DNA of 64,000 nucleotides from Mobula hypostoma (taxonomy: Eukaryota): positions 23,500,001-23,564,000 of the forward strand of contig NC_086118.1 of assembly GCF_963921235.1 (NCBI RefSeq), written 5' to 3'. The translations under genes were made by a program, and so were the position numbers. Shown here one piece after another: positions 25,915 through 36,559 of the stretch. The notes under the pieces are model-generated. The model saw only the letters and a program-made list of their open reading frames with translations. It ran no database searches and was not told the origin of the DNA. Positions within the stretch are counted from its first letter, which is position 1; each line of letters begins with the position of its first letter.

Positions 25915-26095
25915 AAGAAATAGAAGTAGGAGTCGGCCATCTGCCCCTTCAGGCCTGCACTGCCAATTCTCAACGTCATGGCTCTAATACAGCATTCCTG
26001 CCCTTTTCCTGTATCTCTTAATACCTAGAGAATGAACGCACTAACTGAGCATCCACATCTCTGTGGGGTAGAGAATTCCAAAAATATATCACCTC
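25915..26095 (-). mobile_element. Decayed CR1 3' end
   Basis: aagaaatagaagtaggagtcggccat...ggtagagaattccaaa resembles 38455-38670. Confidence 0.65.
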
Positions 26096-26845
26096 ATGTA
26101 TAACGAGGCCCTTGTGGTCTGCATTGGAAGACTGTACTGATGGAATGGCTGAGAGGACTAATTCAAGCCCGGAGGACCAGACAATGTCTCAGCTGCAGCA
26201 CGGAAGTGCTCTGGTACCTTCTACGCATCTAGTCAAGCAGTTACGGTACAGATATAATGTTGGCATATACCTGGTAATTTGTAAAATTGTCCAGGTCTGT
26301 CCTGTTCATAGACAGCCAGACAAATCCAATCCAGCTGACTACCAGCCAAAACTGGTCTGATCTTGATTATCCACAAAATGATGGGGTTGGGGTCAAGAGT
26401 GAAATTGTCGCTGATAACCGACTTGATAATAGCTGGTTTGTACTTCACTGGGACACCTTACTACAGACTTTACCACAGGCTTGGACTGAAGAACTGAAAT
26501 GGAAGAGTGATGTGACAGTGACTGCCCTTAACGTTAGGACAACAATTGACCAAATATGGCGTCAAGGAGATCTGGGAAAATTGAGGTCAATAGGCATCAT
26601 AGGGAAAATATTCCAATGATTGTTTACTACTGGCATGAACGAAGATGATTGTGGTTGTTCACATCAATTTCCCAGCCCTGCAGGTGTACCCTGCGGCATT
26701 GTCATAGATCTGACTATATTCGGCTATTTCATCATAGAACATAGAATATGAAGCTATACAGCACAGGAATAGGCTCTTCAGCCCACAACTTTGTGCCAAA
26801 ACAATCAAATTAGTAATCAAATGGGCAACTAAACTAACCCCTTCT

Positions 26846-27283
26846 CAAAATTCAAAGTACATTTATTATCAAAATTTGTATAAATTACACAACCTTGAGA
26901 TTCGTCTCCTTACAAGCAGCCATAAAACAATAAACCTGAAAGAACCCATTTATTAAAAACAACAAAAACCTAATGCATAGAGAGAGAGAAAAAAAAGACA
27001 AATCGGACAAACATTAAAAGTGGGAAACAGAGTTCAGAACTGAAGTGAGTCCACAGACACGAGGTCCAGAGCAGCTGGAACAGGCTCCCAGTCTCAGTGT
27101 GCTGAGTCGGAGCTGAACCGGTCCGACTCTCACCTCTGGTGCCGGCACACTGCCTTTTCAATCTGTCCAGCCCGGCGTTTAGATTACCCAAACATCGGGT
27201 AATTCCCCACACGAGGACCTGGACCCCATGGCATTGATACACTTTGGGTCTGTCGTGTCTGTACCCTGCCACCACGTTCCATG
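26846..27283 (-). mobile_element. Non-coding retroelement with Rex1-type AATAAA and microsatellite tail, inserted in the CR1 3' UTR
   Basis: Left end caaaattcaaagtacatttattatc; ttct duplicated at 26842-26845 / 27284-27287; the CR1 UTR resumes after it. Confidence 0.6.
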
Positions 27284-28075
27284 TTCTGCATACACTGTAT
27301 AATATCCTTCCCTTTCTGTCACCTTCACAGGCGTGTCTAAACGTTGCGAAAAAGTCCCAAATGCATCTGACTACCACCATTCTCTGTGGAAAAGTAACTT
27401 GCCTCTTGCATCTCCTTTGAACTTACCCTCTCTCACCTCAAATGCATGGCGTCTGGTATTAGACATTTACATCCAGGAAAATAGGTGCTATCCCTGCCTC
27501 TCATAAACCTGTAAAACTCTATCAGATCTCCCCTCAATCTCCGCCGCTCCAGTGGAAACAACCCAAGTGTGTCCAGCCTCTCGTTGTAGCACATGCTCTC
27601 TAATCCAGCCAGCATCCTGGCAAATTTCTTCTGCACCCTCTCCAAAGCCTTGACATCTTTCCTGTAACAGGGGCAAGCAGAAGTGTATGCAATACTCCAG
27701 ATGTGGCCTAACTAGAATCTAAACAAATTGCAACATAACTTCCTGACTTTTGAACTCAATGTCTCAACTAATAAAGGTAAGCATGCCATATGCCTTCTTA
27801 ACCACCCTATCAATCCATGTAGCCACTTCTGGGAGTTATCAGCTTGGACCCCAAAATCCCTCTGCTCATCAACACTGTTCAGGGTCTTGCCTTACCAGTG
27901 TACTGTCTCTTTATATTTGACCTACCAAGATGAAACACTTCACATTTCTCTGAGTTAAATTCCATCTGCAATTTCTTTGCCCATATCTGCAACTGATCTA
28001 TGTTCTTTGCCAGTGTTCTATGCTATCTACAGTACCATGTATCTTCGTATCATCTGCAAACTTGCTACCCCACTC

Positions 28076-28146
28076 GTCTACATTTTCATACAGGTCATTT
28101 ATATATATCAGGAATATATATAAATGAGCTGGATGAAAATGTAGAC
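28076..28146. repeat. 33-bp inverted repeat with 5-nt loop inside CR1 RT
   Basis: gtctacattttcatacaggtcatttatatatat-cagga-atatatataaatgagctggatgaaaatgtagac; 31/33 complementary. Confidence 0.92.
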
Positions 28147-28724
28147 CTGCATGTAAATGCAGAGGTCCCAGTACAAATCCCCTGGATCATGACTACACAC
28201 AGACCCCCAGCTAGAATAAGTCCCATTGACCACTGCACTCTATGGGCAAACCAGTTCTGGATCTAATTGACCATGATCCCTATGTATTTTAATCATCTGG
28301 ATGAGCTCCCATGACAGACCTTGTCAAACATTTTACTGAAATCCATGTGGACAACACCCACAGTTCTACCTTCATTGGTCACCTTCGTCACCTCATCAAA
28401 ATACTCAATCAAGTTACATAGTATAAACCATGCTGGCTCTCCCTAAATAGACCATGGTTTCCTAAATTCCTAGAAATCCTATCCCTAGGATTCTCTCCAG
28501 TAACTTCCTGAACACTGAAGTGAGGCTCACCAGTCTATAGTTTCCAGAATTACCGCTGGTTTCCTTCTTGTATAATGGAACAACATTAGCTTACTTGCCA
28601 GTCTCTGGGACCTTACCTGTGGCAAGTGAAGACACAAAGATATTGGTCAAGGTCCCAGCAATCTCATCTCTTGCTTCTTTCAATAACCTAGGGTATATCC
28701 CATCAGGCCCTGGGGACTTAACCG

Positions 28725-30072
28725 CTTTATACTTTATATTTTATACTTTATTGTCGCCAAACAATGGGTACTAGAATGTACAATCATCACAGCGATATTT
28801 CATTCTGCGCTTCCCACTCCCTGGATTACAAATATTAAATAGTTAAAATAGTTAAAATTAGTAAATATTAAAAATTTAAATTATAAATCATAAATAGAAA
28901 ATAGAAAAATGAAAAGTAAGGTCGTGCAAAAAAACTGAGAAGTAGGTCCGGATATTTGGAGGGTCCAGCCCAGATACCAACAGAATCAACAAATTCATTC
29001 GTAAGGCCAGTGATGTTGTGGGGGTGGAACTGGACTCTCTCACAGTGGTGTCTGAAAAGAGGATGCTGTCTAAGTTGCATGCCATCTTGGACAATGTCTC
29101 CCATCCACTACATAATGTACTGGGTGGGCCACAGGAGTACATTCAGCCAGAGACTCATTCCTCCGAGATGCAGCACAAAGCGTCATAGGAAGTCATTCCT
29201 GCCTGTGGCCATCAAACTTTACAACTCCTCCCTTGGAGGGTCAGACACCCTGAGCCGATAGGCTGGTCCTGGACTTATTTCATAATTTATTGGCATAATT
29301 TACATATCACTATTTAACTATTTATGGTTCTATTACTATTTATTATTTATGGTGCAACTGTAACGAAAACCAATTTCCCCCAGGATCAATAAAGTATGAC
29401 TATGACTATGACTATGACTAGATCCGGGTTAGGATCCGTTCAGCAGTCTTATCACAGTTGGAAAATAAGCTGTTCCCAAATTTGGTCGTATGAGTCTTCA
29501 AGCTCCTGAGCCTTCTCCCGGAGGGAAGATGGACGAAAAGTGTGTTGGCTGGGTGGGTCATGTGCTTGATTATCCTGGCAGCACTGCTCTGACAGCTTGC
29601 GGTGTAACGTGAATCCACGGACAGAAGATTGGTTTTTGTGATGTGCTGCGCCGTGTTCATGATCTTTTGCAGCTTCTTTCGATCTTGGACAGGACAACTT
29701 CCATACCAGGTTGTGATGCACCCTAGAAGAATGCTTTCTACGGTGCATCTATAAAAATTAGTGAGAGTTTTAGGGGACAGGCCAAACTTCTTTAGTTTTC
29801 TCAGGAAGTAAAAGGCAATTGTAGGCCTTCTTGGCAGTGAACTCTGCTTGATTGGACCAAGTCAGGTCATTTGTGATATTGACCCCGAGGAACTTAAAGC
29901 TTTTGACCTGTTCCACTTGCGCACCACTGATGTAAATTGGGTCGTGCGGTCGGCTACTCCTTCTGAAGTCAACAACCAATTCCTTCGTCTTGCTGACGTT
30001 GAGGGATAGATTATTGTCTTTGCACCATGCCACCAGGTTCTTAATTTCCTCTCTGTACTCAAACTCATCATT
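28725..30072 (-). mobile_element. Rex1/Babar 3' fragment with (TATAAAG)n tail, inserted in CR1
   Basis: DEFEYREEIKNLVAWCKDNNLSLNVSKTKELVVDFR...FKFLGVNITNDLTWS; the CR1 sequence resumes at ~30070. Confidence 0.9.
28976..29419 (+). mobile_element. Rex1/Babar 3' fragment with (TATGAC)n tail, nested in the previous Rex1
   Basis: SQRLIPPRCSTKRHRKSFLPVAIKLYNS; AATAAA then (TATGAC)4; agat duplicated at 28972-28975 / 29420-29423. Confidence 0.88.
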
Positions 30073-30292
30073 AATCCTCTTTAAAAGACTCAACACTACC
30101 TCCTCCTTCAGCTCAAAATGCCCTAGCATATCAATAAGTTCAGCACTGCTCTCCCTATCCTCCATGTCCTTCTTCTTGGTAAATACTGATGTAAAGTACA
30201 CATTAAAGTCCTCAGCCACATCCAAGTAAATGTTCACCCCTTAACCTTTGAGTGGTCCTACCTTTTCCCCAGTTATCCTGTTGCTTTTGATG

Positions 30293-31620
30293 TGGAAATG
30301 GGACCCGCTCTCAGGGCCTCACGACCGGCTGCTTTTTGACATGCAGAGGATGCGGCCTGGAAGACTAGAGTGCTTTCAGGGTGCCAGATTGATGTGTCAT
30401 AGGAGTACACAGAACATCGAAAGCAGTGAGCTGGCTGCTGGCTGTGTGCCCAAAGACCCGAGTTCTTTGGGCACAGAGCTCAGAAAAAGCGAAGCAATGG
30501 ACTTCTTACAGCATAAATCAGCGAGTTGTTTTGTTATGTCTCCCCTCTCATTGTGGGATCAGAAGTGGAGAGAGTGGGCAACTTCAAGTTCCTCGGTGTC
30601 AAGATCTCTGAGAATCTAACCTGGTCCCAACATATCGATGTAGTCATAAAGAAGGCAAGACTGCGGCTATACTTTATTAAGAGTTTAAAGAGGTTTGGTA
30701 TGTCAACAAATACACTCAAAAACCTCTATAGTTGTACTGTGGAGAGCATTCTGACAGGCTGCATCACTGTCTGGTATGGAAGGGCTGCTGCACAGGACCG
30801 AAAGAAGCTGCAGAAAGTTGTAAATCTAGTCAGCTCCATCTTGGGCACGAGCCTAGAAGGTACCCAGGACATCTTTAGGAAACAGTGTCTCAGAAAGGCA
30901 GCGTCCATTATTAAGGATCTCCAGCACCCAGGGCATGCCCTTTATTCACCTCCACAATCAGGTAGAAGGCTGAAGGCACACATTCAGAGATGCAGGAACA
31001 GCTTCTTCCCCTCTGCCATCCGATTCCTAAATGGACATTGAAGCTTTGGACACTACTTCACTTATTTTAATATACAGTATTTCTGTTTTTGCACATTTTT
31101 AAAATCTATTCAATATGCATAATTGATTTACTTGTTTATTTATTATGTTTTATTTTATTTATTTATTTTCTTTCTCTTCTATATTACGTATTACATTGAA
31201 CTGCTGCTGCTAAGTTAACAAATTTCACGTCACATGCCAGTGATAATAAACCTGATTCTGATTCTGAAATGGGGACACCTCCTTTTCCCTTATTAGGGAG
31301 AGAATTCTGTAGTACGTTGAATTACCAGTTGAACAAGTAGTCTTTGGGGTACTGTAAAACTGCGTCTTTATTGATGTTTTGCTGCATTCTTGAGTGCTCG
31401 GTGGAGGGTGAAGATGCTTTTTGGCTGGTGGAGGGGTGGTGATCGTCACTTTGCTGCAGCTTTGTGTGGGGGGAGCTGGGGGGGGGCTTTGGAGCTCTAA
31501 CATTTAACTGTCATTCATTCTTTGGGGCAGTCCTCTGTTTTTACGTATGCTTGCGAAGAAAAAGTATTTCAGGATATATATTGTATACATTTTTCTGACA
31601 GTAAATGGACCTTTGAAACC
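30293..31620 (+). mobile_element. Non-coding interspersed element (30293-30549 plus 31267-31620) split by a Rex1
   Basis: GC-richer block interrupting the CR1, which resumes at ~31621; contains a 12-bp perfect hairpin at 30445-30475; ends taaatggacctttgaaacc. Confidence 0.55.
30550..31266 (+). mobile_element. Rex1/Babar 3' fragment with (ATTCTG)n tail
   Basis: ORF 30526-31041 has VERVGNFKFLGVKISENLTWS...YSCTVESILTGCITVWYG...NSFFPSAIRFLN; ends aataaacctgattctgattctg. Confidence 0.92.
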
Positions 31621-32635
31621 TATTGAATAGAATGCTTTGGGATTCTCTTTAATCCTCCTTACCAAGAACTTTGCATGCCCCTTCCTGGTTTACCCATTTC
31701 CCTTCTTGAATTCTTTCCTGGTCGTTTTATAATACTCAAGGGCTCTGTTTGATTGCAGTTCTTAAGTATTATACACTTTTCCTTTTCAGTCTTGACTAAA
31801 TTCATCACCTCTCTCGACATCCAAGGTTCTCTTACCTTGCCATCCTTTTCCTTCCTTCTTATTGGAACATACCTGTTCTGTACTCTATGCAGTTCGTCTT
31901 CAAATACCCTCCAATGTCAGATGGGGACTTGCCCCAAAACAGCTATTCCCAATTAACTCTCCCTAGTTCCTGCCTAATGCTCTCATAATTTGCCCTGCTC
32001 CAATTTAATATTCTCCCACAAGGTCCATACTTATCCTTATCTATAGTTATCTTAAAACTTAAGAAGTTGTGTTCACTGTTCCTTAACTGCACAGCCACTG
32101 AAAGTTTGGCCAGCTGATCAGGCTCTTTGCTCAACGAACAGGTCCAGTACAGCCCCTCTTCTTGTTGGTCTATCTACATATTGATTTAAGAACCCTCTGG
32201 ATGCACCTAACACATTCTGCCCCATCCAAACCTCTTGCTCTAAGGAGATTCCAGTTTATATTAGAGATGTTGAAGTCCTCCATGACAACAGCCCTATTGT
32301 TTCTACATCTTTCCTTAATCTGCCTGCATAATCTGTTCCTTCATGTCCCCATGGCTATTGGGGAGCAGTGTGGTCTGGAGTACAATCCTATCAAATTGAT
32401 TGCATCCTTCCTATTTTTGAGTTTTACCCATCTGGACTTATTGACCTTTCTTCTATCAGCAGATCAAAAGAGGGGATGCTCACTGGTGATTGCACATTGT
32501 TATTTACCATTCACAAATAAATCAGTCCATGCCTCAAATCTCAGACAACATTCAACCATGGGCTAAAAACTAGCAAATAATCCTCATGCCACAGAAGTGA
32601 GCAATAATAATCACCTCCAATTAGGGAGCGTCTAT

Positions 32636-33070
32636 TTAGATTAGATTAGATTAGATTCAACTTTATTGTCATTGTGCCGAGTACAGATACAAAGCCAATG
32701 AAATGCATTTAGCATCCGACCAGAAATGCAAAGAATAGTGTTATTTATAATATAACTGTGAATAAAAAAAGTGCTACAGCACACAAATATAAAAGTACTG
32801 AGACAGTACAATATGGGTGCAATACTGCTTAGCGCTGTGATGAGAGGTTCAGCAGTGTCACAGCCTCAGGGAAGAAGCTCTTCCTGTTCCTGCTGGTGTG
32901 GGAGCGGAGGCTCCTGTAGTGCCTACCGGATGGGAGGAGAGTAAAAAGTCCATGGTTAGGGTGAGATGCATCCCTATTAATGCTTTTCGCCCTGCCCAGG
33001 CAACGTTTATGGTAGATGTTCTCAATGGTGGGCAATTGGGTGCCGATAATCCACTGAGCAGTTTTCACCA
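32636..33070 (-). mobile_element. Rex1/Babar 3' fragment with (TCTAA)n tail
   Basis: VKTAQWIIGTQLPTIENIY...HPNHGLFTLLPSGR...SFFPEAVTLLN; same subfamily as 36560-39411. Confidence 0.9.
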
Positions 33071-33964
33071 TATCTACCCTTGACATTTGATGGCATGACT
33101 ATTAAAGAGACCCACATCATAAATATTCTGGGACACACAATTGAATAGAAACTGAATCGGCCCTGTCGCATACATACCATAGCTACAAGAGAAAATTGAT
33201 AACTTGAAAGTAACTCACCTCCTGACACCTCAAGGATTTTCCACTCTCTGTTATCAGCACACACAACACAAGCATGCCTAAATGTTCTCCATTTGTCTGG
33301 GTGAGTGCATCCTGAATAAATCTCAGGAAGTTTGACACTATCCAGCTCAAAGCAGCTAGGTCGCTTGGCATTCCATTGGTCACCCTAAATTTATATTGGG
33401 TCCAACAATGGTGCACAGTAATTATGTTTACCTCTATGAAATGTGCTGCCATTATTTATCTGGGTCACTCCAGTGGCACATCCCAAATCCACGATATCTA
33501 ATTCAAAATCAAAGTAAGTCAACATCATTGTCATATGCACAAGTATATGTTTGCACAGATGCAATGAAAAACTTGCAGCAGTATCACAGGCACAAGGCAT
33601 TATATAAGCAAAATTCACAAAGTAAACATGGATTAAATATAACTGATGCACAATTTTTGCAAGAAAATACTGAGCAGAAAAAGGATTGCCTACCACTAAG
33701 AAGGACAAACGAAACAGGTATATGGGTATGCCAGTGCCATTATAGGTTCCCCTCTAAGATGCACGGCATTCTAATTTGGCAATGAAGTATATCACAGCTC
33801 CTTCCTTGCGGCTGCTTCGAACTACTGGAGCTGTCCATCCACTCCATGGAAGTAATTTCAGCCCAAAGCATCTTACCACAAATTTGTCAAAGGCTATTTG
33901 GTATGGGCAATAAATAGGGGTCATGCCAAGTATTTTTGAAAAATGAATTTGTTGCAGCAAAATC

Positions 33965-34212
33965 CAGAATGGAAACAGGTCCTCAGGCCTTTCTGTTTAT
34001 TGACCGTTCTAACCATCAGGCGCCTATTTACATTCATCCTACACTGATCCCATTTTATTCTCCTCACATTCCTTGGTACATGAGAGGAAAGCAGAGCACC
34101 TGGACACAGGGATAATGTGCAAGCTTCACAGAAGTAGGAGAGGATATTAGGATTGATCCCGCACGGATGGAGCTGTCAAATCACAGCTCCGCTAGCCAAG
34201 TCACTGCATTGT
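33965..34212 (-). mobile_element. Decayed tRNA-derived V-SINE (HE1-like)
   Basis: gaggaaagcagagcacctgga...gtgcaagcttcaca resembles the reverse V-domain; ggattgatcccg resembles a reverse B box; CR1-like tail ggaaacaggtc at left. Confidence 0.5.
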
Positions 34213-35585
34213 CACTTACTGAACAAATATAACAAGTAGCATCTAAGTTACACCATATTTCCCACAGCTGATCAGCCCTTCCACGTAGTGTCTTGTTAGA
34301 CGACTAACCACAATAAAATACCAAAATAGCAATCGTTTGCAAGGGTATATAAACACTGGCACTCGTGGGAGCAGTTCCTTGAACCCTTTCATGTTAAATG
34401 ATATTCACATCAAGAGAAGGGTTGGTGTATTGGTTGCAAAGGGCAGGTGAAACATACAGTACATTTTCCATTTCTCTCTAATTTCCTTTTCTTCCCTACT
34501 TGCTGCAATTTAGTTCTACAGTTGGCAGGTGCCAACTGCCAATCCACCAGTATTGGAGATTTTATCTGAGACCCTGGGTGGATGTTTGGCTCGGAAAGAC
34601 CACGCGGAGATGATGTTTGAAATAATGGGTGATTTATTAAAAACTGCTGTGCACCAGGAGACCAGTCAGAGCTGATCCACCTGAGCGTGAATTTGGTAAA
34701 GCTTTTCCATTCTCAGTTGATGAGACTACCAGTAAAACTATATTTTGATAACAGAATGGTGGCTACAGAAAGACTTAATTAAGTAACATCTCGAGGCTAA
34801 TTCGAGTAAAATGATTGTCCACAGGTCTTCTATAAATCTGATTTTCTATTATGACAATGGGTGCACTCTACAACATAATCAATGAAACTCCTGAACCTTG
34901 GACATCATCACTGCTGCATTCCATGTCTCTACTTCTAGACTTTGTCTGCAGTTTACTGATACCACATTAGCTCAATCCCTATTTACTAGTTACTAGCCCT
35001 CACTATTCTTTCCCGTATGACAGATCTGAATCTAACATTGCCTTCCCAAGGTGTACATCCACGTGCACATCTCATAGGAATAATTGTATGGTGATCAACC
35101 TGGTCATTTGTTACCTAGCCTGAAATTAGATAGCTCCCCATGACTGGAAACTCTTCGGGTTTCTAGAGTCAGAGACTGAAACTTCATCTCCAAGTTATTC
35201 AGATGCCCCATGCCATCAAGGTTTAAGAAATCCTGGGGCCAGACTTCCCTCTTCATTAGCTTTAGCATAAATGGTACAAGATAATGAGCTTTGTTGAGTC
35301 AAACAAATGCTTTTTAATATCATCTCAATTATCCTGTTTTTGATCTCATAATCTCATTAGCGTTCAGTTCTTAGTTTTACTCTCCACCTTTACTACAGAC
35401 CTGCCTTTGGGTAGGAACTATATCTGGCTGCATGAAGAAGTCACGACCAACCAACATGCAATATTTTCTAAGAGAAAGCAGCCTCAATGAAAGTGACAGG
35501 GGGACCTCAATCCTCAGTACATTTCTTCTGAGTTGCAGGCTACCTCTGGCACAGCACAAGTGAACTGAATGAAGTGATGTAATTA

Positions 35586-35684
35586 ACACACACAAAATGC
35601 TGGAGGAACTCAGCAGGCCAGGCAGCATCTGTGGAAAAGAATAAAGAGTCAAACGTTTCAGGCTGAGACCCTTCATCACGACCG
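35586..35684 (-). mobile_element. Penelope-like terminus with hammerhead motif
   Basis: acacacacaaaatgctggaggaactcagcaggccaggcagcatc; reverse strand of 35647-35683 reads ggtc gtgatga aggg tctcag cct gaaa cgtt tgact. Confidence 0.8.
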
Positions 35685-36344
35685 ATGTAGTTGCCAAGAA
35701 ATAATAATAATAACTAATCATTATGATCTTTAACTGCTTCTGATCTCTAACACCATTAGATACTTGAGTTTCATTCTTTTCTGGTGGTTTGCTGGTGATT
35801 CACAAAGATGAATGGTGTTGAAATTATTTCTAAGAGTGCATCATATAATTGTTGCCAGTAATGAAGAGTGATAGCTGGGAAGCTGTAATTTATATTTGGT
35901 TTGAAGGGAACAATATTGTCTGAATAATATTTTATATAGAGATTTCATTGTTCTCTGTTGGAATGTTATAGGATCCTCATTGGACTTCCGGTTTTATTTG
36001 TTGGGTATCTCTCTTGGTGGTGCACAGCCTTCCTGCCAATCATTCTCCTCCTTTGTTAGGTCATTGCTGGATTATCTCATATTGGAAGATAAGTGACTCT
36101 CAGTGGTGTAGGGATTGAAAATAGAGTCCAGCTATTCATGCATTGATAATTTCTTCAGTCATGATCAGCTCTGCATGATCGCAGCAGACCGCTTGCTCCA
36201 GAGTTTTGGAGCTTGCTACACAGACTTTAACCACTGAGCAAATGGATTTATAGGGATAGTAATCCACTACAGGAGGAATGAAATTGACATGACCTGATGA
36301 CCTTAATGAAGTAGTGGTAGAATCTGAGAGTCAAAAAAATCTCT

Positions 36345-36535
36345 GATGTTGAAAATCTGAAATAAAACGCAAGTGGCTGGAAATATTTGGCAGGTCAGGT
36401 GGTATTGGTAGAGAGAAAAAAAGGATAAACATTTCAGAGTGATTATTTGAACTGAACGTCTTGGCCTTAAACATTGAATATGTTTTCCTCTTCATTGATG
36501 CAAGCTGATTTGCTGAACATTTCCAGAATATTCGA
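36345..36535. mobile_element. Old inverted pair of Penelope-like termini
   Basis: gctggaaatatttggcaggtcag ... ctgatttgctgaacatttccag are approximate reverse complements. Confidence 0.5.
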
Positions 36536-36559
36536 TGCTAAGATACATCCTAGGATGCA

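Larger units (their letters stand above)
26733..32439 (-). mobile_element. CR1 LINE (endonuclease to 3' tail), fragmented by several insertions
   Basis: catagaacatagaa tail; ERVQKKFARML...LERRRLRGDLIE (27433-27645); FTSVFTK (~30180); SEHNFLSF..LNWSRANY (31943-32134). Confidence 0.88.
26110..33900 (+). mobile_element. Old CR1-clade LINE (host of nest 2), in pieces 26110-26734, 32440-32635 and 33071-~33900
   Basis: KIVQVCPVHRQPDKSNPADYQP (RT N-terminal region); ttcatca|ttgacctt (FI-N-DL) is split by the 26733-32439 insert and followed by gggatgctcactggtgattgc (decayed GMFADDC); right boundary uncertain. Confidence 0.7.

Noticed and set aside
29770..30237. 155-aa CR1-Rex1 chimeric ORF
   Set aside because: Accidental in-frame junction of a Rex1 inserted into a dead CR1; both halves are fragments.
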